27,285 bases of DNA from Aquificaceae bacterium (GTDB taxonomy: Bacteria; Aquificota; Aquificia; Aquificales; Aquificaceae). The position numbers and the translations under genes are program-made. Shown here piece after piece: positions 17,860 through 27,285 of the stretch; position 1 is the first letter of the stretch; every line of letters starts with the position of its first letter. The notes under the pieces are model-generated. The model had not been told where the DNA came from. It was given only the letters and a program-made list of their open reading frames with translations, and did not search any database. The stretch covers positions 1 through 27,285 of the forward strand of contig JBCNVD010000024.1 of the NCBI GenBank assembly GCA_039630345.1. The letters are read 5' to 3'.

Positions 17860-19925
17860 CGAAATTCAGGATTGAGAGATTTCTCCCAAGGAGCGTCAAG
17901 CTCCACTCTTACATATTTGAGCATCTTCAATATCCTGAAGAAACCATAAAGGAGCATTTTTCTCGCTTTGGCGGTATAAGAGAGCTTAAATACTACCCTC
18001 ATGGCGGAAAGGTCAGAATCGAATTCGAAGAAGGCTTTGACCTCACAGGATTTTTAAACTACATCCAGGAAACATCAAGAGAGCTCCTCCTTATTGAGCT
18101 ATCAAAGCTAAAGCTCCCAAAAAGAGAGAGGCAAAATAGCCTTAAAGAGCTTCTCCTAGTGAGTGCTGGTTTCTTGCCTTATTTATTCAGAAGTTTAGTG
18201 CCGGGAGCTTTGCTATCTGGAATCACTCTGCTTATGGCAAGCGGGGTTATTAAAAAGGCTATTTCCTCTCTAAAGCGTGGGGATCTGGATGTTCATGTGC
18301 TTGACACAACAGCGATAGTAGCATCCTGCCTTGGTGGGTCACCTCTATCTGCACAGGTGATGGTATTTTTACTAAGTTTAGGAGACTACCTTTCTTCTAT
18401 AGTAGAGAGCAGAGCTTACGAGAAGATTGAGAAGCTATTTTCATACCGCGAAGATATGGCATGGAAAATTACACAGGATGGACAGATCATAAGAGTAAAG
18501 GCTCTTGAATTATCAAGAGGGGAACTAATAGCAGTCTACGCAGGTGAAAAGATTCCAGTGGACGGGGTAGTAAATGATGGAGATGCACTTGTAAATCAGG
18601 CTTCTCTAACAGGAGAGTCTAATCCGGTTCACAAAAAGTTAGGCGATAAGGTATACGCAGGCACATTTGTCGAGGATGGAAAGCTTTATATAAGAGTTGA
18701 AGAAGTAGGGGAAGACACTGTTGTAGCAAAAATAGCCAGAATAGTAGAGGAGAGCATAAGAGAACCAATTAATTTACAGCAAAAAGCTCATGAATTTGCA
18801 AACAGGTTTGTAATTCCCACCATAGGTCTTGGACTGGGTGCCTGGGCTTTATCCGGAAGCGCTTCCAGATTGTCATCTACTTTGATAATAGACTTTCATA
18901 CAGGCGTTTATTTAACAACTCCCCTGACTGTTTTATCAGGAATTGCAAAAGCGTCCGAGCTTGGAATTTTAATCAAAAGTGGCTCAAAATTGGAAGCACT
19001 TTCGAGAGTTGACACTTTTGTGATGGATAAGACCGGAACTTTAACCGTTGGTAACCCGGTTATAGAAGATATTCTCGGTCTTGAAATAAGCGAAGAAGAA
19101 GTACTTCAATATAGCGCATCGCTTGAGCAAAGAATAACCCATCCTGTTGCAAGGGCTATACTGAAACTTGCAGAGTCCCGCTGTATAGAGCTTTTCCAGA
19201 GAGAAAACTCACAATATCATATAGGACTTGGTATAGAAGCAAACATAAATGGGACAAAATTTATGCTAGGAAGTACCAGATTTATGAATAAAAAGAATAT
19301 CAAAATATCACATGAGACAAGAAAACTGGTAGATAAACTTCATGCTGAGGCAAAATCTGTTTTATATCTTGTCAGAGAAAAGAAAATAGTCGGTCTTTTG
19401 AGTTTTAAAGATCCACTTCGCGAAGAAGCAAAAGATATTGTGATGGAGCTAAAAAAGCGAGGAAAGGAAGTTATACTCTGTACTGGCGACAACGAAGGTA
19501 TAGCAAGTTATATATCAAAGCAGCTTGGGTTAAGTAAATTTTACGCAAGAGTTTTCCCTGCTGAAAAGGCAAAGATAGTAAGTGAATTAAAGTCAAGGGG
19601 AAGAGTAGTCGCTTTTGTAGGGGATGGAGTAAACGACTCTCCTGCTCTTTCGTGTTCTGATGTTGGTATATCGTTAAAGAGCGGAACAGACATAGCAATA
19701 GATGTTGCGGATGTTGTTATTGGAGATAGTTTATGGCAGCTTGTTGATGTGCTAGATATAGCAACTAACACTATAAACAAACTCAAAAAGGCATACTTTG
19801 TAAATACCTTGGTAAATGCCATAGGGCTAACAGGTGCAGTAAGCGGGATTTTTGGACCGTCTATATCTACATTTTTAAATAATGGGGCGACAATAGCCCT
19901 TGGTATTTATTCAACAAGGAGGTAA
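17856..19925 (+). CDS. heavy-metal P1B-type ATPase, atypical (P1B-6/FezB-like)
   Basis: LTGES, DKTGT, HP, TGDN, GDGVND; DFHTG in place of CPC; NNGAT in the last TM; degenerate Cys-less HMA-like N-terminus. Confidence 0.92.
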   Translation: MTKFRIERFLPRSVKLHSYIFEHLQYPEETIKEHFSRFGGIRELKYYPHGGKVRIEFEEGFDLTGFLNYIQETSRELLLIELSKLKLPKRERQNSLKELLLVSAGFLPYLFRSLVPGALLSGITLLMASGVIKKAISSLKRGDLDVHVLDTTAIVASCLGGSPLSAQVMVFLLSLGDYLSSIVESRAYEKIEKLFSYREDMAWKITQDGQIIRVKALELSRGELIAVYAGEKIPVDGVVNDGDALVNQASLTGESNPVHKKLGDKVYAGTFVEDGKLYIRVEEVGEDTVVAKIARIVEESIREPINLQQKAHEFANRFVIPTIGLGLGAWALSGSASRLSSTLIIDFHTGVYLTTPLTVLSGIAKASELGILIKSGSKLEALSRVDTFVMDKTGTLTVGNPVIEDILGLEISEEEVLQYSASLEQRITHPVARAILKLAESRCIELFQRENSQYHIGLGIEANINGTKFMLGSTRFMNKKNIKISHETRKLVDKLHAEAKSVLYLVREKKIVGLLSFKDPLREEAKDIVMELKKRGKEVILCTGDNEGIASYISKQLGLSKFYARVFPAEKAKIVSELKSRGRVVAFVGDGVNDSPALSCSDVGISLKSGTDIAIDVADVVIGDSLWQLVDVLDIATNTINKLKKAYFVNTLVNAIGLTGAVSGIFGPSISTFLNNGATIALGIYSTRR

Positions 19926-19928
19926 GAT

Positions 19929-20192
19929 ATGGAAGAAAAAGACCTATCTCAAGAGCTCGAGAAGATTAAACAGGAGTTAGAAGAGCTTAAGAAGAAGCTA
20001 TCTGAAACAGAAGGCAGGAGCATAAAAGACCTTCCAGCAGAAACCTTATCAAAGATAGCAGATGTTGGTAAAGACATAGTAAAAGCAGCAACTGATATAG
20101 GAGAAAAGGCACTCAGGGTAGTAAAATCCTCTATTGAAGGCGCGGTTGAAGGTGCAAAAAGAGCTATCAAAGATGAAAACAAGCAGGAATGA
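19929..20192 (+). CDS. small coiled-coil/amphipathic-helix protein
   Basis: AAGGAGG RBS in the ATPase 3' end; heptad-like N-terminus and amphipathic C-terminal helix; ATGA overlap with the next gene. Confidence 0.75.
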   Translation: MEEKDLSQELEKIKQELEELKKKLSETEGRSIKDLPAETLSKIADVGKDIVKAATDIGEKALRVVKSSIEGAVEGAKRAIKDENKQE

Positions 20193-20446
20193 TTCTTCTG
20201 AAAACCAGAAGCGGAAGGTTTCTAAACGCAGCGCATGTTATAAGTCTATCTATAGAAGAAGCCAAAATTGAAATAGATGGTAGAAAAAGGAATGTTTTCA
20301 AGATAGTAGCTTACTTAACCCAGCCACTATTACCCGCCGTAATAGGTATTTATGCAACAGAAGAGAAAGCTAAAGAGGTTTTAAATTCTGTGGCAATGAG
20401 GCTTAGTCAGGATGAGCGCATCATCGCAACAGAAAGCGAATTCTGA
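20189..20446 (+). CDS. hypothetical protein
   Basis: Translationally coupled (ATGA); globular-looking composition. Confidence 0.65.
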   Translation: MILLKTRSGRFLNAAHVISLSIEEAKIEIDGRKRNVFKIVAYLTQPLLPAVIGIYATEEKAKEVLNSVAMRLSQDERIIATESEF

Positions 20447-20765
20447 AGATTTAATCAGGAATTTAAGGCAAATAGCAACAAATATACAGCAAAAGCATTC
20501 AGCTACTTTAAGTAAGATAAAGTATCCATTGCTTTTTGAGATAAAACTTCCAGATGGCGAAAGGGTATTTTTTCTAATTTCACAGAATACTATAAAACAG
20601 GTAGAGCAAGATAATAGCTCTGTAGACCGGGTAGAAATTTCATACAAAGACCTTATTAGGCTTTTGGAAAAGCCGTCAAGGGCTCCAAGATACGCATTTC
20701 AGGGCAGGTTAAAGATTAAGGGAGATTTCGGTAAGATTATGTCGACTCTAAAGAGTCTGCTTTAG
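20412..20765 (+). CDS. SCP2 sterol-carrier/lipid-binding domain protein
   Basis: C-terminal ISYKDLIRLL...AFQGRLKIKGD is the SCP2 signature. Confidence 0.7.
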   Translation: MSASSQQKANSEDLIRNLRQIATNIQQKHSATLSKIKYPLLFEIKLPDGERVFFLISQNTIKQVEQDNSSVDRVEISYKDLIRLLEKPSRAPRYAFQGRLKIKGDFGKIMSTLKSLL

Positions 20766-20974
20766 AGCACTCTTAGGAGTGCTCGGGTCAGGAAATTTTC
20801 CAGCAGGCCGCCTATTACGAAAGACTCTATAAGGATATTGCGGTCTTTTTTAGTTAAAAAAGTATCCCTTTCCCGGATTATCTGTCTTTCGCCCTTTCTT
20901 AGAAATTTCTTATAGCGCTCTTGGTCTCTCTCGATGTCTTTTAGGATTATATCTATTCTCTCTTTCACAAGCAA
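20762..20974 (-). CDS. small hypothetical protein
   Basis: Fills the gap downstream of the GT4 gene on the same strand; convergent 4-bp overlap with the SCP2 gene; no motif; start uncertain. Confidence 0.4.
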   Translation of the reverse strand: MLVKERIDIILKDIERDQERYKKFLRKGERQIIRERDTFLTKKDRNILIESFVIGGLLENFLTRALLRVL

Positions 20975-21004
20975 AGACTATACCTAAAAAAAGTTTATTT
21001 TTTG

Positions 21005-22111
21005 TTAAGCTCTGGCGAGGGCATTTGAATAGAGGCTTACAAGGTTCTTAAAAGTTTGATCCCAGGAGAAATGATGCCTTATATAATTGCTTATCGACAT
21101 CCTAAGCTCTTGCGATAGGGCGTTTTTCGCCCTCCAGATAGCCTCAAGAAAGGCACTCTCAGATAGGTCTTTTGCCAGAAATTGCTTAAAGGGCTGGGTC
21201 TCTAATCCCATATCCAGCGAGACCAAAACGCAGCCACAGGATTGAGCTTCCAGAAAGGAAAGTCCATAAGTTTCAAGAGGCGAAGCGCTTACAAAGATAT
21301 CACAGCTTGCGTAGATCCTGGCAAGGTCTAAATTGGATCCTACATATTCCAGATAGGTAAGGTTAGGGAGCTTTTTAGAAGCTCTCAATACCCAACTTCG
21401 TAAAGGACCATCACCGACAATCACAAGATGAAAGAGCTTTTTATCAAGTTGTTTAAAGAACTTCAAAAGCGTCAAAAGACCCTTTTCCACAGAAAGCCTT
21501 CCAACATATAAAAGGAGCGCCTTATCTTCTGGTATGTGAATATTTTTGCGAAAATCGGGGTCTTTTTGAAAAGGATTGAAAATGCTTGAGTCAACGCCGA
21601 GGTTTACAGTATATACCCTTTCAAGACCATAGCTTTTTAAAAACTCTTCCTGCTTTTTAGATGGGGTTAAAACAAGGTCCGCCTTTGAAAGTTTTTTAAT
21701 CCAGTTAAAGAGGAGAGCTTTTTTTATCTTTTTTGGAACTGGCAAAAGCGAAAGCTCTGTTCTCAAATCAGCATGGTAGAAAACCGAGAGCAGGTAGTTA
21801 TTAGAAACAAGAGAATCTATTCTCTGGTAGCTACCACCAAGTTCCAGTATTTCAGGGGATTCTCTCCGGAGAATAGATTTTACTTCTGAAAGGGTGTGAA
21901 ACATTCTATAACCGCCACTGAGGGGCAGAGGAATTGACCTGACTGTATAGATAGTGGTATTACCCTCTTTGGTCTCTGAATAGGTGCTACCGGGCACTAT
22001 CAGGATATGGCTAATATCAGTCGAAGACAAAAACCTTGACTTTTCAAAAAGATACCTTCTTACGCCGCCGCTCTTTTTATGGTAATAAGGTGTTACATCA
22101 GCGAGCTTCAT
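21005..22111 (-). CDS. GT4-family glycosyltransferase
   Basis: KSGGVRRY, LLYVGRLSVEKG, IVGDGP, ETYGLSFLEAQSCG; ATG 22111 after GGGAG. Confidence 0.92.
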   Translation of the reverse strand: MKLADVTPYYHKKSGGVRRYLFEKSRFLSSTDISHILIVPGSTYSETKEGNTTIYTVRSIPLPLSGGYRMFHTLSEVKSILRRESPEILELGGSYQRIDSLVSNNYLLSVFYHADLRTELSLLPVPKKIKKALLFNWIKKLSKADLVLTPSKKQEEFLKSYGLERVYTVNLGVDSSIFNPFQKDPDFRKNIHIPEDKALLLYVGRLSVEKGLLTLLKFFKQLDKKLFHLVIVGDGPLRSWVLRASKKLPNLTYLEYVGSNLDLARIYASCDIFVSASPLETYGLSFLEAQSCGCVLVSLDMGLETQPFKQFLAKDLSESAFLEAIWRAKNALSQELRMSISNYIRHHFSWDQTFKNLVSLYSNALARA

Positions 22112-24341
22112 AAACAAGTCTCCCAACACCTGCTATTGTATAAAGATAATCAATATATGTCCTGCGAAGGTCCATTGACTGAGCAAAGTAGAGCGCTTCT
22201 TTTGACATAACTTCCCTGAGGTCTTCTTTAGACAGAAGGAGCTCTAACTTCGAGACATATTCTTCCAGTGAATGTGCAACAAAACCATTAACACCCTGCT
22301 CGATATGTTCATGAGAAGCGCCTTTTGAGCTAACTATCGGTGGCAAGCCACTTGCCATAGCCTCTAAAACTACCTGCCCGTAAGTTTCTGTCTCTGAAGG
22401 GAACAGAAACACATCAGAACTTGCATAAGCCCTCGATAGCTCCTCACCGGTCATAAAGCCAGTAAAGTAAACATTTTGAGGGCTTTTTAACTGAGCTTGA
22501 GAACGGTAAGGTCCATCACCTACTATTACGAAGGCTACGCTATTGAGTCTTTTTGCAACTTCAAGGACAGTGTCTATACCCTTTTCCTGAGATACTCTGC
22601 CCACAAAGAGAACTACCCTTGTATTTGGGTTAATACCCAGCTTCTTACTCCAGAAGCCTTCAACACGCTTTGACGGATTAAAAAGTTCTGTGTCTACACC
22701 TCTTTTAAAGACACTCATTTTGGCATAATCAAGACCCTTACGAGATAGCAATACCCTGTAGTGCTCTGATGGAACAAAAAACCTATCTGAATTATTCCCA
22801 AGAAACACAAAAGCTTTCCACAGGAGCTCTTCGAGCTTCTGGTCTCTTGTGTAGGTTTTTGCATATGCCGGTATATCGGTATGGAATGCACTTGTTATTC
22901 TAAGTCCCAGGAGCTTGCCTGCTATAAAACCAAGAATACCAAGAGGTCCCTGGGTTGCTAGATGAACCTGGGTGAAGTTGTTATTGCTTAGCATATGCAT
23001 AAGCTCAACAAGACTGGGAACACCCATCCTTAGCTCTTCATAAAACGGGGTGGGAATTTCGATAATTGGTTTTAAGTTTATTATGCCTTCTTCTTCTACT
23101 TCGGAATTACAAACGACTACTTTGAAAGGTAAATCTTCCTCGAGTGCTATTTTTTTGACTATTTTTGCACTCCTTGCAACGCCGTTTATGTGATGGTAAG
23201 TGTCTGTAAGATAAGCAACGAGTCTTGGTTTTGAAACATTAAGTCCAAAGTCTTTTGCCAGTTCCTGAATTTTTCTCTCTTCTCTTTTCTGAGCATACAG
23301 CAAAATAGCAGGACTTAAGTGTGCAATAATTGATAAAATAAACTCTCCAAGCTTTTGTGGAGAGGGGGAACTTATCAGTCTGTTAATGGCTACAGAGGGG
23401 ATTACATTGCAAATTTCCCAGAGAAGATTTTCTCTGGATGGGTTTATATCAAAAAAGCTCTTTATTAGCATTCCCATCATGGGATTGTCAGAATGCATAA
23501 AGATATAGTCAGTAAAGGGCTTTAACTCACTTGGGATTTTGCCCTTTTTGCGATAGTGGTCGTATCCTACCCTGAAAATCATATTAAGAAGTCTTGCTTC
23601 TGAAAGTTCTTTGGTGCCGACCCTCGAACGACCCTCTAAAAGACCCTTGAGATATTCTTCTTTTGTCTTTGCACTCTCAACTAAAGTCCAGGTTAGACCA
23701 ATATCCATACCACCATGGTCGTCAGAGCCTGCGGTAAAGGCGATTTTATCCCTATTTCTTTGAGGCTCTATTTTGTGCTTTTCTGCAATGGCGTTTATGT
23801 TGTCCCAGCCATCATAAAGTCTTGCAATGGACTCTTCAAGGTTTAAAACACCATCACCTCTGGTGCCGTTAATTAGCTCCCAGTTATCAAATAGCAAAAC
23901 CATACGCTCGATAAACTGGCGGTTGATGTCTGTTTTCTGGACAGAGAAGAAAGGATGTGCAAGACTATGCGCGATAGCGCGCTTTTTGAGATACTTTACA
24001 AAATCATAGACATTTTCCCGAAGGCGCAAAAGCTCCTCGTGGTCCGCTTCGCTTAAACCATAAACAAGAACGTGAATCTTTGACTTTATGTCAGGGACGC
24101 TGACGGTGTATTCACAGCTGATAAATACATCCTTGTTATGAGCTATCTCGAGAACCCCAGAAATAGTGTTGTGGTCAGTTATGGTAACAAAAGACATACC
24201 TCGCTCTTTCAGGCGTTTGTATATCTCTTTGGGCTCTGTATAGCTCTCAGGGCAATTTATGAGTTTGCTAAACCACCCCCCCGGAAGGTTAGAGGCTTTG
24301 GAATGAAGATGCAGGTCTGCTCTTGCCAAAAACTCTGCCAT
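22098..24341 (-). CDS. PHP-domain/GT4 glycosyltransferase fusion
   Basis: PHP motifs DLHLHS, ITDHN, AHPF, GSDDH; GT4 motifs TDTY..INGVA, FVGRVSQEKG, ETYGQVVLEAMASG. Confidence 0.92.
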   Translation of the reverse strand: MAEFLARADLHLHSKASNLPGGWFSKLINCPESYTEPKEIYKRLKERGMSFVTITDHNTISGVLEIAHNKDVFISCEYTVSVPDIKSKIHVLVYGLSEADHEELLRLRENVYDFVKYLKKRAIAHSLAHPFFSVQKTDINRQFIERMVLLFDNWELINGTRGDGVLNLEESIARLYDGWDNINAIAEKHKIEPQRNRDKIAFTAGSDDHGGMDIGLTWTLVESAKTKEEYLKGLLEGRSRVGTKELSEARLLNMIFRVGYDHYRKKGKIPSELKPFTDYIFMHSDNPMMGMLIKSFFDINPSRENLLWEICNVIPSVAINRLISSPSPQKLGEFILSIIAHLSPAILLYAQKREERKIQELAKDFGLNVSKPRLVAYLTDTYHHINGVARSAKIVKKIALEEDLPFKVVVCNSEVEEEGIINLKPIIEIPTPFYEELRMGVPSLVELMHMLSNNNFTQVHLATQGPLGILGFIAGKLLGLRITSAFHTDIPAYAKTYTRDQKLEELLWKAFVFLGNNSDRFFVPSEHYRVLLSRKGLDYAKMSVFKRGVDTELFNPSKRVEGFWSKKLGINPNTRVVLFVGRVSQEKGIDTVLEVAKRLNSVAFVIVGDGPYRSQAQLKSPQNVYFTGFMTGEELSRAYASSDVFLFPSETETYGQVVLEAMASGLPPIVSSKGASHEHIEQGVNGFVAHSLEEYVSKLELLLSKEDLREVMSKEALYFAQSMDLRRTYIDYLYTIAGVGRLVYEAR

Positions 24342-25005
24342 AGGTTGTAAACCTCCTTTGATTTTTTGTGTCTCTTATTAGATTGCGCCAAAGGCTGACC
24401 TTTTCAGGGTCTTGAAAGTCGCGAAGATGAATAGCCAGTCTAATAATCTCAGCCCTTTTTAAAATTTTATAAAAAATGCCAAGACCTAGCTTGCTTATTT
24501 TAGAAAGCCAGCTTCTATTGCTCAAACTAAGGGCTGGGGAGAAAATATCTTTATTTGAACATAAGTCTCTAAGAATCCATCTATAACCAACTGCGTGAAA
24601 GCCAAGGACTTTTAAAACCCCGTCAAGGTAAGGATTACCTATCCAGGCAGGCGCGACAAAAAACCTGTCGCAAAACCCAAGCTCTCTAAAAATAGAGAGA
24701 CCTTCTTTTATACGCTTGTAGGTTTCTAAAAGCTCAAGAGAGGCAAATTCTCCCTCTCCGTCGGTCCATAGAAAGTTTTTTATTCCCGCATTACCAAGAT
24801 GGGTATACCCATGAAGCACTGCATGCTCGGCACTTATTAGCTTAACTCCGCTCCAGGACTCAAGCGGGTGATTGCCCCACATGTTTGGAACCACAAGGAG
24901 ATTAAACTCCTCTACCCCCTCAGAGGATATTAAATCAAGACACGATAAAAACTCTTTTTCAAACTTTGGGCTTACATCATGGACTTCCAGTATAGCCCAT
25001 GGCAT
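24289..25005 (-). CDS. DUF2334-type polysaccharide-deacetylase-like protein
   Basis: EVHDVSP, VLHGYTH, EGEF, FVAPAW, RLAIH. Confidence 0.85.
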   Translation of the reverse strand: MPWAILEVHDVSPKFEKEFLSCLDLISSEGVEEFNLLVVPNMWGNHPLESWSGVKLISAEHAVLHGYTHLGNAGIKNFLWTDGEGEFASLELLETYKRIKEGLSIFRELGFCDRFFVAPAWIGNPYLDGVLKVLGFHAVGYRWILRDLCSNKDIFSPALSLSNRSWLSKISKLGLGIFYKILKRAEIIRLAIHLRDFQDPEKVSLWRNLIRDTKNQRRFTTYGRVFGKSRPASSFQSL

Positions 25006-25046
25006 AAAAGAATCTTAACGCTTTTGAGGTTTATTTTCTGTTAAAC

Positions 25047-25064
25047 GCGCCCCAAAAGGGGCGC
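25047..25064. terminator. GC-rich hairpin just after the thiC stop, probable intrinsic terminator
   Basis: GCGCCCC-AAAA-GGGGCGC perfect 7-bp stem; the U-tract is weak in the thiC direction (GTTTAA) and stronger on plus. Confidence 0.6.
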
Positions 25065-25070
25065 AATTTT

Positions 25071-26504
<1,434 letters not shown>

Positions 26505-26515
26505 TTAGATCTTCA

Positions 26516-26588
26516 AGGCGCGTAGCTCAGTCGGCAGAGCGCTGGCCCGACACGCCGGAGGTCGGCGGTTCAAGTCCGCCCGCGCCTA
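26516..26588 (+). tRNA. tRNA-Val(GAC), CCA not encoded
   Basis: AGGCGCG/CGCGCCT acceptor stem, TAGCTCAG D-arm, CTGGC-CCGACAC-GCCGG anticodon arm, GGCGG-TTCAAGT-CCGCC T-arm, A discriminator. Confidence 0.95.
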
Positions 26589-26596
26589 TTTTAAGG

Positions 26597-27285
26597 ATGA
26601 AAGTAGGATACTGCACAGTAGCAGGTAGACCCAATGTAGGAAAGTCAACTCTCGTTAATAGCCTCATAGGGACTAAAGTTTCTATAGTTTCTCAAAAGCC
26701 AGGCACTACCAGAATGAGAATCCTTGGTATAAAGACCATAAAAGACATTGCCCAGATAGTGTTTCTGGATACTCCCGGGATAGCAAAAGCCTCTGACGCT
26801 CTCTCTCAGGCCATGCTCCAGAGCGCTAAGGCTTCTTTGGAAGAAGCTGATGTGGTGATGTTTGTCATTGACGCATCTGAAGGCTGGCAATTGGCTGACG
26901 AGCTAATCTTTAGCAGGTACATAAAACCCCTTAAAAAGCCGGTTTTGATGGTTTTAAATAAAATTGACCTCCTTGGCAAAGTAGATAGGACTCTCCCTAT
27001 AGTTGAGGAAATTAGCAAAAAGGTTGGAGATTCTTACGAATTTATACCCGTTAGCGCCTCAAAAGGCTTTAATCTGGATAAACTTACAGACTTAATCATA
27101 AAACATCTAAAAGAAGGTCAGATGCTATTTGAGCCTGATATGGCTACTGACTTGCCACTTAGGATAATCTCAGCAGAAATCATAAGAGAAAAGGTTTTGC
27201 AAAAAGTCTATCAAGAAGTGCCTCAGGGCGTTGCGGTAATAGTTGAAAACATCTCACAGGGTAAATTAGACAAAGAGATGCTGGT
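26597..27285 (+). CDS. era: GTPase Era, partial (runs off the right edge)
   Basis: Manual translation: MKVGYCTVAGRPNVGKSTLVNSLIGTKVSIVSQKPGTTR..FLDTPG..NKID..EIIREK; not in the ORF track. Confidence 0.95.
   Translation, partial: MKVGYCTVAGRPNVGKSTLVNSLIGTKVSIVSQKPGTTRMRILGIKTIKDIAQIVFLDTPGIAKASDALSQAMLQSAKASLEEADVVMFVIDASEGWQLADELIFSRYIKPLKKPVLMVLNKIDLLGKVDRTLPIVEEISKKVGDSYEFIPVSASKGFNLDKLTDLIIKHLKEGQMLFEPDMATDLPLRIISAEIIREKVLQKVYQEVPQGVAVIVENISQGKLDKEML

Overview
Compact, gene-dense chromosomal segment, most likely from an Aquificaceae bacterium (Hydrogenobacter/Thermocrinis/Aquifex-like); this is inferred from proteins I recognise as close to Aquifex counterparts, such as the CC-adding tRNA nucleotidyltransferase and the acyl-CoA thioesterase. 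Housekeeping genes: bioD, class B PBP, carA, tRNA-Ser(GCT), tmk, manC, atpZ/I-like, pstSCAB, CC-adding enzyme, coaX, thrB, thiC, tRNA-Val(GAC), partial era. Three accessory modules stand out. (1) A seven-gene operon (16990-20765) around an atypical Cys-less P1B-type ATPase (DFHTG / NNxxT membrane motifs) with GxxxG small membrane proteins, an HMA-like protein and an SCP2-like protein, resembling a ferrosome (fez) iron-organelle cluster. (2) An mglB-mglA-(DUF4388/Zn-ribbon/HEAT)-EAL/GGDEF signalling operon whose c-di-GMP gene is split by a frameshift in a window containing an A9 run. (3) A DUF2334 deacetylase + PHP-GT4 + GT4 glycosylation trio. No mobile elements or CRISPR arrays seen. All family calls are from motif recognition by eye, not database searches.
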